A stretch of DNA of 63,776 bases, filler included, from Myxococcota bacterium (lineage in GTDB: Bacteria; Myxococcota; Myxococcia; Myxococcales; Myxococcaceae): NCBI GenBank assembly GCA_049322255.1. It is 5 parts of 5 records of this genome, joined end to end, with 100 filler letters (N's around TTAATTAATTAA, not from the genome) between each part and the next. Parts side by side here need not be neighbours in the genome. Positions count along the whole stretch, not along the records: positions 1 to 28,693 come from JBMORE010000044.1; 4 more parts are not named here. One strand, 5' to 3'. Position 1 is the first letter of the stretch. Each line of letters begins with the position of its first letter. Positions 11,355 through 20,582 of the stretch are shown here, piece after piece. The notes beneath the pieces were generated by a model. That model had not been told where the DNA came from. It was given only the letters and a program-made list of their open reading frames with translations, and did not search any database. A program made the translations under genes and the position numbers.

Positions 11355-11388
11355 CCTCACCCCAACCCTCTCCCAGAGGGAGAGGGGG
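11355..11388 (+). repeat. Dispersed palindromic repeat, copy D (divergent intergenic region before the Rieske gene)
   Basis: cctcaccccaaccctctcccagagggagaggggg. Confidence 0.9.
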
Positions 11389-11401
11389 CCTGGGCTTGTG
11401 A

Positions 11402-11938
11402 ATGAATGACTCCTCGGTGACGGCCAGCGGCGAATCGCGGCGTGGCTTCCTCAAGGCGGCCACCGTGCTGGTGGGAGGCTTGCTCGCCGCCCTCGGTGCC
11501 GTTCCGGTGGTCGGAGCGTTGCTCACTCCGCTGTGGACGCGCGGCAAGAACGGGGACAAAGACGGCTTTCTTCCGGCGGGCTCGCTCGACGCGCTCACCG
11601 CCGGGGTGCCCACCCGGGTCGAGCTCACCTCCACGGTGGTCGACGGCTGGACACGCACGAAGGGAGTGGTGGGCGCCGTCTGGCTGCACAAGAAGCCCGA
11701 TGGCACGGTGAGCGCGCTTTCCACCATCTGTCCCCACTCGGGCTGCGCCATCAGCTTGGCCACCCAGGAGACGTACTCCTGCCCTTGCCACGCCTCCGCC
11801 TTCGCCCTCGACGGCAAACCGATGACCGGCCCCTCACCGCGCCCGATGGACGAGCTGAAAGTCGAGGTGCGCGGCAAGGAGGTGTTCGTCCGCTACGCGC
11901 GCTTCAAGCAGGGGGTGCGCGCCGTGCAGGAGATATAG
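11402..11938 (+). CDS. Rieske [2Fe-2S] subunit of a cytochrome bc complex
   Basis: Tat motif SRRGFLK plus TM helix; CPHSGC and CPCHAS; GPSPRPM. Confidence 0.93.
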   Translation: MNDSSVTASGESRRGFLKAATVLVGGLLAALGAVPVVGALLTPLWTRGKNGDKDGFLPAGSLDALTAGVPTRVELTSTVVDGWTRTKGVVGAVWLHKKPDGTVSALSTICPHSGCAISLATQETYSCPCHASAFALDGKPMTGPSPRPMDELKVEVRGKEVFVRYARFKQGVRAVQEI

Positions 11939-11944
11939 CTCGCC

Positions 11945-13663
11945 ATGTTTCGGCGAATCGGCGACTGGCTGGACGAGCGGCTTTTTCACCGGGCGATGCT
12001 GAAGGCCTTGTTGGGCGGCAGCGTCCAAGGAGGCAGCCGCATCGCCCACACCTTCGGGGTGGTGCTCTTGGTGTTGTTCCTCCTCGAGGCGCTCACCGGC
12101 GTGGGGCTGGCCGCCTATTACGCGCCTACCTCCACCGCCGCCTGGGCCTCGGTGAGCTACATCCAAAACCAGGTGACGTTGGGTTGGCTGATGCGCGGGC
12201 TGCACCACTTCGGCGCCTCGGCGATGGTGGTGGTGGTGGGTGTGCACCTGTTGCAGACGCTCTTTTTTGCCGCCTACCGCTCGCCGCGGGAGCTCAACTG
12301 GGTCATCGGGGTGCTCCTTTTGCAGCTGTTGGTGCTCGTCTCCCACACCGGCTACCTCCTCCCCGGAGACCTGCACTCTTACTGGGCCACCGAGGTGCTC
12401 TTGAGCATCACCGGCAACCAGCCGGTGGTGGGAGAGCCGGCGCAGCTCGTCATCCAAGGCGGGTCGCAGCCGGGCAACCTCACCTCGACCCACCTCTACG
12501 CGTTGCACGCCTGGGTGGGCCCGGCCCTCTTCGCCGGCGTCATCGTCTTGCACGTGATGCTTCGCCGCCGTCAGGGTGCCACTGTGCCGCTGGGGATGAG
12601 CGAGACCGAGGCCGCCGCCCGCTCCGAGCCCTACTGGCCGCACCAGCTCTTCAAGGACCTTTTCGTCTCCCTCCTCGTGGTGGCGGTGTTGGTGGCGGTG
12701 GTGGTGGTGCGCGGCGGCGCCAAGCTGCACGCTCCCGCCGACCCGGCCATCGAGTTCGTCGCCCGCCCCGAGTGGTACATGCTGCCGGTCTTCCAGCTGC
12801 GGCACTACTTCACCGGGGAGCAGGAATTCATCGCCACCACCGTGCTCCCCGGCGCGGCGATGACCTTCCTCGCGCTCATTCCTTTCCTCGACAAGGCTCT
12901 GTCCAAAATCACCTCCCGCTCGCCCCAGCTGCTCGCCTCTGCGGTGGTGCTGGGCGGGGTGGGCGCCTTGGGTTTGGGGGCGATGGTGGTGGTGACCGAC
13001 CAGAAAGACCCGGAGGTGACGCGCATCATGACCCAGGCCGAGGCGCTGGCCGAGGAGGCGAAGCGGCTGGCGGCGCTCGGGGTGCCAGTCACCGGCCCGC
13101 TCGAGCTGTACAAGAACGACCCGCTGGTGTGGGGCCGCCGGGTTTTCGCCCTGCAGTGCGCCAACTGCCACAAGAGCTGCGACACCCTTCTCTACGACGG
13201 GGTGGTGTGCCTTCAGGGCTACGCCAGCCGCAAGTGGCTCACCGCCTTCATGCGCGCGCCCGACGCGAAGCACTTCTTCGGCAACACCAAAATCGACTCC
13301 ATGGATGCGTTCGAGGGAGAGGAGGAAGACCTGAAGGGAATTGTCGAGTTCGTCTACAGCCAGGCGGGGCGCACCGACGTGGACAAGGCCCTGGCCCAGA
13401 AAGGCGCGGAGCTCTACGACAGCGAGGGTTGCCAAAGCTGTCACAGCCTCGACGGCCAAGGGACCGGCGATGGACCGGACTTGAAAGGCTGGGCCTCGGA
13501 GAAGTGGCTGGCCGCCTTCATTCGCCAGCCAGGGGCTTTTCACTTCTACGGGAAAGACAATGAGATGGATGCCTTCCCTCACGAGAAGCTCGACCACGAC
13601 GAGCTTTCGGCGGTCATCTCCTACCTACGCACACAGGCCGATGCCGACGCTAAATTTCGCTAG
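11945..13663 (+). CDS. Cytochrome b (b/b6 + subunit IV) fused to a diheme cytochrome c domain
   Basis: Heme b histidines (GLHHFGAS, VHLLQ, LHAW, LHVM), PRELNW, PEWY; C-terminal CANCH and CQSCH. Confidence 0.9.
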   Translation: MFRRIGDWLDERLFHRAMLKALLGGSVQGGSRIAHTFGVVLLVLFLLEALTGVGLAAYYAPTSTAAWASVSYIQNQVTLGWLMRGLHHFGASAMVVVVGVHLLQTLFFAAYRSPRELNWVIGVLLLQLLVLVSHTGYLLPGDLHSYWATEVLLSITGNQPVVGEPAQLVIQGGSQPGNLTSTHLYALHAWVGPALFAGVIVLHVMLRRRQGATVPLGMSETEAAARSEPYWPHQLFKDLFVSLLVVAVLVAVVVVRGGAKLHAPADPAIEFVARPEWYMLPVFQLRHYFTGEQEFIATTVLPGAAMTFLALIPFLDKALSKITSRSPQLLASAVVLGGVGALGLGAMVVVTDQKDPEVTRIMTQAEALAEEAKRLAALGVPVTGPLELYKNDPLVWGRRVFALQCANCHKSCDTLLYDGVVCLQGYASRKWLTAFMRAPDAKHFFGNTKIDSMDAFEGEEEDLKGIVEFVYSQAGRTDVDKALAQKGAELYDSEGCQSCHSLDGQGTGDGPDLKGWASEKWLAAFIRQPGAFHFYGKDNEMDAFPHEKLDHDELSAVISYLRTQADADAKFR

Positions 13664-13723
13664 CGCGACCCCGTCGAATTCGCGCAACGTTCTTTTGCCG
13701 CATTCCCTTGGAGGCTCACGTCC

Positions 13724-14047
13724 ATGAAAAAGCTCGCTCTTGCCGTTCTGTTGGCAGTCGCCGTGCCTTTCACTGCGCTCGCGGGCGACGAGACCGCCGC
13801 CCTCTACAAGAAGCATTGCAAAAGCTGCCACGGGATGGACGGCAAGGCGGACACCAAGACGGGTAAGAAGGAGAAGATGACCGACATCTCCACCGCCGAG
13901 TGGCAGTCGAAAAACTCCGACGAGAAAATCTTCAAGGTCATCTCCAACGGGGAAAAAGACACCAAGATGAAGCCCTTCAAGGAGAAGCTCTCCGAGGACG
14001 AAATCAAGGGCCTGGTGAAGTTCGTTCGCGGGTTCGGCAAGGGGTAG
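13724..14047 (+). CDS. Periplasmic monoheme cytochrome c
   Basis: Signal peptide, CKSCH, distal Met in TKMKPF; GGAGG RBS. Confidence 0.9.
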   Translation: MKKLALAVLLAVAVPFTALAGDETAALYKKHCKSCHGMDGKADTKTGKKEKMTDISTAEWQSKNSDEKIFKVISNGEKDTKMKPFKEKLSEDEIKGLVKFVRGFGKG

Positions 14048-14049
14048 CG

Positions 14050-14085
14050 CCCCTCACCCCAACCCTCTGCCAGCGGGAGAGGGGG
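14050..14085 (+). repeat. Dispersed palindromic repeat, copy E (just after the cytochrome c stop)
   Basis: cccctcaccccaaccctctgccagcgggagaggggg. Confidence 0.88.
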
Positions 14086-14131
14086 CACTCGTTGAATAGG
14101 CATACGGAGGGCGCCGTCAGGGCAGATTGCC

Positions 14132-14356
14132 ATGAAGACCTTCGGCCTCCTCCTCACCGCCCTCGCCCTCCTGACGTTCGGAGGGTCGTCCCCCCCGGTG
14201 GCGCAGCGCGTCGCCCACTCCGACTCACCCCTGCTCGTTCAAAAAGACAAGAAGGGTAAAGACAAGAAGGACGACAAGGGCAAGAAGGGGAAGGACAAGA
14301 AGGGCGAGGAGGACGAAGAGGAGCTGTGCCCCCGCTCGCTCGACCCGTTCGCCTAA
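14132..14356 (+). CDS. Small putative secreted Lys/Asp/Gly-rich protein
   Basis: Signal-like N-terminus followed by KDKKGKDKKDDKGKKGKDKKGEEDEEE; fills the intergenic gap. Confidence 0.5.
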   Translation: MKTFGLLLTALALLTFGGSSPPVAQRVAHSDSPLLVQKDKKGKDKKDDKGKKGKDKKGEEDEEELCPRSLDPFA

Positions 14357-14482
14357 GGCAAAAGGTCGGCGACCCGAATGCGTGACGCCGCCGCGTTCAG
14401 TGGCGAGACGACATCCTGGGCTTCGGAACAGCACTGGGTTGCACCGCGGTTCCCGGCTGGATAGACCCCGCGCAGGCCGTCG

Positions 14483-17400
14483 ATGTCCGAGGTTCAGCTT
14501 CCTTCAGACAACGAAACGCTGCCGCGCGCCGGCGCGGAAGGGGTTGATCCGCTCGAACGCCTGACGAACGCCCTCTCCCACTCCCGCCGTGTACGCACCC
14601 AAGGGCTCAAGGGCGCCGCGCGCGGGTATGTGCTCTCGAGGCTGTCCAAGCGCCTGAAGGCCCCACTGGTGTGCATCACCGCCGACGAGGACCAGGCCGA
14701 CCAGCTTGCCGCCGACCTGGCGTTCTTCTTGGGAGGCGAAGGCACCCCCCTTTCGCCACGGGTGCTGCGGCTGCCCGCCGATGAAGCCCTGCCCTACGAC
14801 GAGCTGTCCCCTACTCCGGCAGTGGTCACCGAGCGGCTGGGAGCGCTCTTCCACCTGCGCCAGGGCACGCCTTTTCCCGCCCTCGTCCTCTCCGCGCGCG
14901 CGCTGCACCGCAAGGTCTTGCCGCCGAAGGTGATGAACGACCTCTCCGAGCTCTTGGGCAAAGGCCAAGAGCACGGCCGCGACGCGCTGGCCCGCAAGCT
15001 GGTGGAGATGGGCTACCTCTCCTCCCCGCTGGTGGAGGACGTGGGCACCTTCTCCGTGCGCGGAGACATCGTCGACGTCTTTCCCCCGCTGCACGAACGG
15101 CCCGTTCGCCTCGAGCTCTTCGGGGACACCATCGAGTCGATGCGGGTGTTCGACCCTCAGACTCAGCGCACCGTCGATGCGCTCGACGAGCTGTACCTGC
15201 TCCCCGCGCGCGAGCTTCTGCTCACCCCCCTCACCCGCGCCGCCGCCGAAGCCGCTGCCCGCGCCGCCGCCGAGCGAGTGGACGTTCCCTCTTCCAAGGT
15301 GCGCGAGCGCATCGAGCAGATTCGCGAGGGCCTTCCCTCCTATGGGCTGGAGGCGCTGCTCCCCGGCTTCTTCGAAGGGGGGCTGGCGAGCGTCTTCGAC
15401 TACCTGCCCTTTTGGTCGAAGGAGCCGCTGGTCTACGTCGACGACCCGGTGGCGGTGGAGCGCACGGTGGGCGAGCTCGTGAGTGACCTCGAGCGCTCCT
15501 TCGCCGACGCCGAAGGGCGCCAAGACCTCGCCCTTCCGCCCCCGGCCCACTTCCTCTTTCCCGACGAGGTGCGCGCGCGCCTTGCGCCCTTGCGGGTGGT
15601 GGAGGGCGGCGGACTGGCGCTGAGCTCGGACTTCGCCCAGTCCCCGCCGGTCCACTTCTCTTTCGGCTCCACCCAGGAGCTGCGCCGGGACATTCTTTCT
15701 CACCACGGGGAGGAGGGAGCGCTCACGCCCCTGGTGGAGCGGCTCTCCCGCTGGCGCGATGCACGCATCGCCGCAGCCATCGCCTGCGGCTCCTTGGGCC
15801 AAGCCGACCGGCTCAAGCGGCTCTTGCTCGACCGCAACGTGATGGTGAAGGTGCGCCCAGAACCGCTCGAAGACCCTTCCCGGCTCTACGACCCGTCGGT
15901 GTTCGCTCATCTTTTCACCCACGAGGTGTCGCAGGGCTTCGTCGACGGAGCGAGTGGTTTTGCCGTCGTCTCCGACGAGGAAATCTTCGGCGCCCGCGCC
16001 CGCCGCAAAACCGGCCGCCGCCGCGCCGAGTCGCCGTTCACCGCCGGTTTTCGCGACCTCAAAGAGGGCGACCTCGTCGTCCACACCGACTTCGGCATCG
16101 CCCGCTACACCGGGCTGACCAAGATGCAGGTGCGCGGGGTGCCGGGGGACTTTCTGGTGCTCGAGTACGCCGGCAAAGACAAGGTCTACCTGCCGGTGTC
16201 GCGGATGCGGCTCATTCAGAAATTTTCCGGCGGCGACCCCTCCAAGGTGGCGCTGGACCGCCTGGGCTCGGGCAGCTGGGAGCGCACCAAGAAGCGGGTG
16301 AAGGAGAAGCTGCTCCAGATGGCGGCGGAGCTCATCCAGCTCTACGCCGCGCGCAAGGCGCACCCCGGTACCGCCTTCTCCGAGCCCGACCGCTACTTCC
16401 GCCAGTTCGAGGCCGACTTCGAGTTCGAGGAGACCGCCGACCAGCAAAAAGCCATCGACGACGTCTTGGCTGACATGCACAAGCCCGAGCCGATGGACCG
16501 GCTGGTGTGCGGCGACGTGGGCTACGGCAAGACCGAAGTGGCGATGCGCGCCGCTTTCAAGGCAGTGCTCGACAAGAAGCAGGTGGCGGTGCTCGTGCCC
16601 ACCACCGTGCTCGCCCAGCAGCACTTCCTCACCTTCCAGCGCCGCTTTCAGGACTACCCGGTGAAGGTGGAGGTGGTTTCGCGCATGCGCAAACCCGCCG
16701 AGGTGCGTGAGGCGCTGGCGCGCGCCAAGGAGGGGAAGGTCGACGTGCTCATCGGCACCCACAAGCTCTTAAGCAGCGAGGTGGCGTTCAAGGACCTGGG
16801 GCTGCTCGTGGTCGACGAAGAGCAGCGCTTCGGGGTGAAGCACAAAGAGCAGCTCAAGCGCCTGCGCACCCAAGTGGACGTGCTCACCCTCACCGCCACT
16901 CCCATTCCGCGCACCTTGAACATGTCGCTCTTTGGCATTCGCGACATGAGCATCATCGCCACCCCGCCGGCCGACCGCCGCGCCATTCGCACCTTCGTTC
17001 TCAAGTTCGACCCAGCGCAGATTCGCGAGGCGATTGTGCGCGAGCTGCAGCGCGGGGGGCAGGTGTTCTTCGTGCACAACCGCGTCTCCTCCATCCATTC
17101 CATGGAGCGTTTTCTCAAGGAGCTGGTGCCGGAGGCGAAGATTGCCGTCGCCCACGGGCAGATGGCCGAGGGGCAGCTGGAGAAGGTGATGGTTGAGTTC
17201 GTGGAGAAAAAGCACCACGTGCTGTTGTGCACCGCCATCATCGAGAGCGGCATCGACATTCCTTCGGCGAATACGATGATTGTCAACCGCGCCGACGCCT
17301 TCGGGCTGGCGCAGCTCTACCAGCTTCGCGGCCGGGTGGGCAGGTCGCACGAGCGCGCCTACGCGTACCTGCTCGTGCCCGCGCGGCGCACCATCACCCG

Positions 17401-18058
17401 CGACGCCCAGCGAAGGCTGGAGGTATTGCAGGCGTTCACCGAGCTGGGGGCGGGTTTCTCCATCGCCTCGCACGACATGGAGATTCGCGGCGCGGGGAAT
17501 CTGCTCGGCCCTGACCAGTCGGGCTCCATCGAGGCGATTGGTTTCGACCTCTACGCACAGCTCCTCGACGAGGCGGTGCGCGAGATGCGCGGTGAGCCGC
17601 CCAAGACCGAGGTGGAGCCCGAGGTGACGCTGCCCCTGCCCGCCTTCATCCCCGACGACTACGTGCCCGACGTGCACCAGCGGTTGATGCTCTACAAGCG
17701 CTTCTCGGTGGCCGCCACGCCTGACGAGCTCACCGACTTGCGCAGCGAGCTCGTCGACCGCTTCGGCGAGGCCCCCGACGAGGTGGACAATCTCTCCGAG
17801 CTGATGGCGCTCAAAATCGACATGCGCGACCTTCGCTTGCGCGCGCTGGAGGCGGGGCCCGGGCGGCTGGTGGTGACGCTGGGGCCCGATGCCGCGCTCG
17901 ACCCCCTCAAGCTCGCCGCGCTGGTGCAACGCTCCAAGGGTGTCTACCGCCTCACCCCGGAGATGAAGCTGTTGGCCAAAGTTCCCGAGGGGCAGAACCT
18001 GGTGGCCGAGGCGAAGAAGGTCTTACGCGAGCTGGCCGGCGCCACAGTCATTGGCTGA
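14483..18058 (+). CDS. mfd: Transcription-repair coupling factor
   Basis: UvrB-homology module, RID (GDLVVHTDFGI), GDVGYGKTEVA, DEEQRFGV, TATPIPRTL, QLRGRVGRS, TRCF domain. Confidence 0.98.
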   Translation: MSEVQLPSDNETLPRAGAEGVDPLERLTNALSHSRRVRTQGLKGAARGYVLSRLSKRLKAPLVCITADEDQADQLAADLAFFLGGEGTPLSPRVLRLPADEALPYDELSPTPAVVTERLGALFHLRQGTPFPALVLSARALHRKVLPPKVMNDLSELLGKGQEHGRDALARKLVEMGYLSSPLVEDVGTFSVRGDIVDVFPPLHERPVRLELFGDTIESMRVFDPQTQRTVDALDELYLLPARELLLTPLTRAAAEAAARAAAERVDVPSSKVRERIEQIREGLPSYGLEALLPGFFEGGLASVFDYLPFWSKEPLVYVDDPVAVERTVGELVSDLERSFADAEGRQDLALPPPAHFLFPDEVRARLAPLRVVEGGGLALSSDFAQSPPVHFSFGSTQELRRDILSHHGEEGALTPLVERLSRWRDARIAAAIACGSLGQADRLKRLLLDRNVMVKVRPEPLEDPSRLYDPSVFAHLFTHEVSQGFVDGASGFAVVSDEEIFGARARRKTGRRRAESPFTAGFRDLKEGDLVVHTDFGIARYTGLTKMQVRGVPGDFLVLEYAGKDKVYLPVSRMRLIQKFSGGDPSKVALDRLGSGSWERTKKRVKEKLLQMAAELIQLYAARKAHPGTAFSEPDRYFRQFEADFEFEETADQQKAIDDVLADMHKPEPMDRLVCGDVGYGKTEVAMRAAFKAVLDKKQVAVLVPTTVLAQQHFLTFQRRFQDYPVKVEVVSRMRKPAEVREALARAKEGKVDVLIGTHKLLSSEVAFKDLGLLVVDEEQRFGVKHKEQLKRLRTQVDVLTLTATPIPRTLNMSLFGIRDMSIIATPPADRRAIRTFVLKFDPAQIREAIVRELQRGGQVFFVHNRVSSIHSMERFLKELVPEAKIAVAHGQMAEGQLEKVMVEFVEKKHHVLLCTAIIESGIDIPSANTMIVNRADAFGLAQLYQLRGRVGRSHERAYAYLLVPARRTITRDAQRRLEVLQAFTELGAGFSIASHDMEIRGAGNLLGPDQSGSIEAIGFDLYAQLLDEAVREMRGEPPKTEVEPEVTLPLPAFIPDDYVPDVHQRLMLYKRFSVAATPDELTDLRSELVDRFGEAPDEVDNLSELMALKIDMRDLRLRALEAGPGRLVVTLGPDAALDPLKLAALVQRSKGVYRLTPEMKLLAKVPEGQNLVAEAKKVLRELAGATVIG

Positions 18059-18112
18059 CAGGACCTCGGCCGGGGTTGGAGGCCGCAGCCGGTGAGCTTA
18101 TCCTTCACCTCG

Positions 18113-18457
18113 ATGTCCCTCCGCCCGGACGAGATTCCCGAACACGTGCGCCGCGCGATTGGCGAGTACGAGACAAGGCTGCGGGCCGAGTTCGCCAGCC
18201 GCCTCCGTAAAGTGTCGTTGTTTGGCTCCTGGGCCCGAGGCGAACAGCACGTCGATTCGGACATCGACGTCTTGGTGCTCATCGACGGCGCAGACTGGCG
18301 CGACGAACGTACGGCGGCGATGTTGTCGGCCGATGCCGGAGAAGTCTCTGGGGTCTGGCTCAGCCCGGCCATCTACTCCACAGAGCGAATGGACTATCTG
18401 GTCCGAATCGAAAACCCGTTCGCTCGCAGCGTGGCAGCTGACGAGGTCATCCTGTGA
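18113..18457 (+). CDS. MNT nucleotidyltransferase antitoxin
   Basis: LFGSWARGEQHVDSDIDVLV. Confidence 0.85.
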   Translation: MSLRPDEIPEHVRRAIGEYETRLRAEFASRLRKVSLFGSWARGEQHVDSDIDVLVLIDGADWRDERTAAMLSADAGEVSGVWLSPAIYSTERMDYLVRIENPFARSVAADEVIL

Positions 18458-18861
18458 GCCCCGAGAACCTCAAGCTCAACGTCGCTGCCGAAGTCGATCG
18501 CGGAGCAGCAGCGCTCGAGGAAGCAAACCAGCTTCTTCGTGGCGGTTTGCACTACGGAGCAGCCTCGCGCGCCTATTACGCCGCGTTCCATTTCGCTCGC
18601 GCGCTCTGCCTCGCTGTTGGTGAAGAACCACGCTCCCATGCTGGCGTGGCACACCTGCTCTAGCTGCATCTGGTGAAGACCGAAAAGCTGCCCGCCGATA
18701 CCAGTCGCATCTTCGCGACGTTGCAAAAGTTCCGGGAGTCCGCCGACTACGACGCGGCCTTCATCCTCGATCCCGCTGGGGCGGAAGCGGCGATGAGCGA
18801 CGCCCGTCAGTTCGTCGACCGGGCCCGGGCCTTTCTCAAGTCCGCCGGGCTCATTTTATGA
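18454..18861 (+). pseudogene. HEPN (UPF0332-like) protein interrupted by an in-frame TAG at 18661..18663
   Basis: SRAYYAAFH...SHAGVAHLL*LHLVK...FRESADY; both pieces are in the same frame; GTGA overlap with MNT. Confidence 0.85.
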
Positions 18862-18905
18862 CCTTTTGGCGGTTAGAGTTTTCGGCGACTGCTGATGGAA
18901 CCGCT

Positions 18906-20516
18906 TCACCGCAGCTGTAAGAGCGCCAGCTTGTTCTTCGCCGACTTGGCCAGCTTGGTGCGGCCTTTCCCGGCCAGCCCCTCGAGGAGGGAGGCGCCCA
19001 CGGAGCGTGCTTCGGGAGTGGGCCGCTCGGCGAAGTGAAAGCCGACGTAATAGCGCGCCTCGTCAGAGACGCGTTTGTCCTTCTCCAGGGTTTTCACCAA
19101 CGGGTAGTTGTCGTCGACCAGGCGCTCGAAGTCGGTCAACGCCGCATCGCGCTGGCGGGCCTTGGGGTGGGGGTCCATCGGTGAACGGGTGAGCTGCAGC
19201 ACCGCATGGGTGTAGCGGTCTTCCGGAGTCGCCAGGGGGGAACGGGTGAGCGAACCCAGGATGGCTTCCGCGCGTGCGGAATCCTTCTTCAGCAGGGCCT
19301 CGGCCTTGTCGCGCAACGTCTCCGCCCACGCCCTCGGGTCGGCGTTGCGCACCGGCTCCAGCTGGCGCCGGGCCACCGCGAGCGACTCGGTGAGCATCTT
19401 CGTCCCCGCCTTGAGCAGCATCGCCACCTGCTTCTTGGAAAGCTTGGAGGCGATGGGGTTGAGCACCTCGGCGAGCACCTGGGCGCCCACCTCTTCCTCG
19501 GCATCGGCGAGCCCTTCGGCAAGCAGCGCCTCCCCGCCCGGGAGCACCGCCACCGCCTTCGCGGCCGCCTCGGCCCGTACCCGCTCGGGTCCACGGGCCA
19601 CCGGCACCAGGGTTTTCTCCGCAATTTTTCCGCCCATGGCGCCCAGACGTGAAATCGCCCACAGCGCCACCTCCACGTCCTTGCTCGTGGCCAGCTCGGC
19701 GAGCTCCTCGGAGAATTCGGGGCCGATTTTCAAGACGGTGAGCGTGTCGCGGGCGGCGCGGGCCACCAGCGCGTCCTTGTCCTCGAGGAGGTCCATCAGC
19801 TTGCGCAGCGCTTTCTTCGAGGCGCCCTGAGCCATGGCGAAGCGCAGCGCGGTGGCCGCCTCCACCCGCACCGGCGTCGTTTGGCGTGAGGAGAGGTAGC
19901 CGAGCAAGGTGTCCACCGTCTCCGGCAGCTCCAGGTAGCCCAAGACTTTCAGGCCTCCGCGCAGCGCCGGCTCGTCCTCCTGCGTCTTCTTCTTGTCGAG
20001 GAACTTCTCCACCTGCGCGCGAATGGACTTGCGCTCCGCGGGCGAGGCCGACTTCACCTCCTGCCGCACCGAGAGCGCCACCCGGTTCACCGCGTCGAAA
20101 GGCTGCCCACGCATTCCCTCCAGGCTCATCTCGAAGGAGAGCCTCCCACCCACCGCGGGAAGAAGCTGTGAGAGCGCGGCGCGCACCTCGGGGGTGGCGT
20201 CGGCCAGCCGCGAGCGGATGTCCGGAAGCGCCTCCTCGCCCAGATGGGCGATGGCGCGGGAGGCCAGCCGCTGAATTTCCTTTCCGCGCCCGAGCGAATC
20301 GAGGAGCACCGGGAGCGCCTTCATTGCCCCCATCTCCCCCAGCGCCTCGATGGCCGCCTCGGCGAAGGCCTCGACCGGGTCTTTGGCCATCTGCACCAGC
20401 CGGGAGACCACCGCCGGGTCCTTCACCTTGAGCTCGCCCAACACCACCGCGGCGGCGATGCGCTTGCGCGGCGACTCGTCCTCCAAGAGCTCGACGATGC
20501 GCTTGATGGCGTCCAT
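18906..20516 (-). CDS. HEAT-repeat protein
   Basis: Repeated HEAT-like units (KRIAAAVVLGEL, VRVEAATAL, VARAARDTL); GGAGGAGG RBS before ATG 20516. Confidence 0.8.
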   Translation of the reverse strand: MDAIKRIVELLEDESPRKRIAAAVVLGELKVKDPAVVSRLVQMAKDPVEAFAEAAIEALGEMGAMKALPVLLDSLGRGKEIQRLASRAIAHLGEEALPDIRSRLADATPEVRAALSQLLPAVGGRLSFEMSLEGMRGQPFDAVNRVALSVRQEVKSASPAERKSIRAQVEKFLDKKKTQEDEPALRGGLKVLGYLELPETVDTLLGYLSSRQTTPVRVEAATALRFAMAQGASKKALRKLMDLLEDKDALVARAARDTLTVLKIGPEFSEELAELATSKDVEVALWAISRLGAMGGKIAEKTLVPVARGPERVRAEAAAKAVAVLPGGEALLAEGLADAEEEVGAQVLAEVLNPIASKLSKKQVAMLLKAGTKMLTESLAVARRQLEPVRNADPRAWAETLRDKAEALLKKDSARAEAILGSLTRSPLATPEDRYTHAVLQLTRSPMDPHPKARQRDAALTDFERLVDDNYPLVKTLEKDKRVSDEARYYVGFHFAERPTPEARSVGASLLEGLAGKGRTKLAKSAKNKLALLQLR

Positions 20517-20582
20517 TTGAACCTCCTCCCGGGCACGTTTGTAACGCTTCGCGTTGGCCGGGGTGAGTGGTTTATTCGGGCC

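Noticed and set aside
11317..11401. Sigma54 -24/-12 promoter for the Rieske operon
   Set aside because: TGGC is present but there is no correctly spaced TTGC.
14504..16762. Long antisense and alternate-frame ORFs (e.g. 752 aa here, 843 aa at 35315..37846, 663 aa at 42867..44858)
   Set aside because: Shadow ORFs opposite well-supported genes, expected at high GC; no recognisable motifs.
18661..18663. Pyrrolysine or other recoding of the HEPN TAG
   Set aside because: TAG is used as a normal stop by many genes here and there are no pyl genes in the window.
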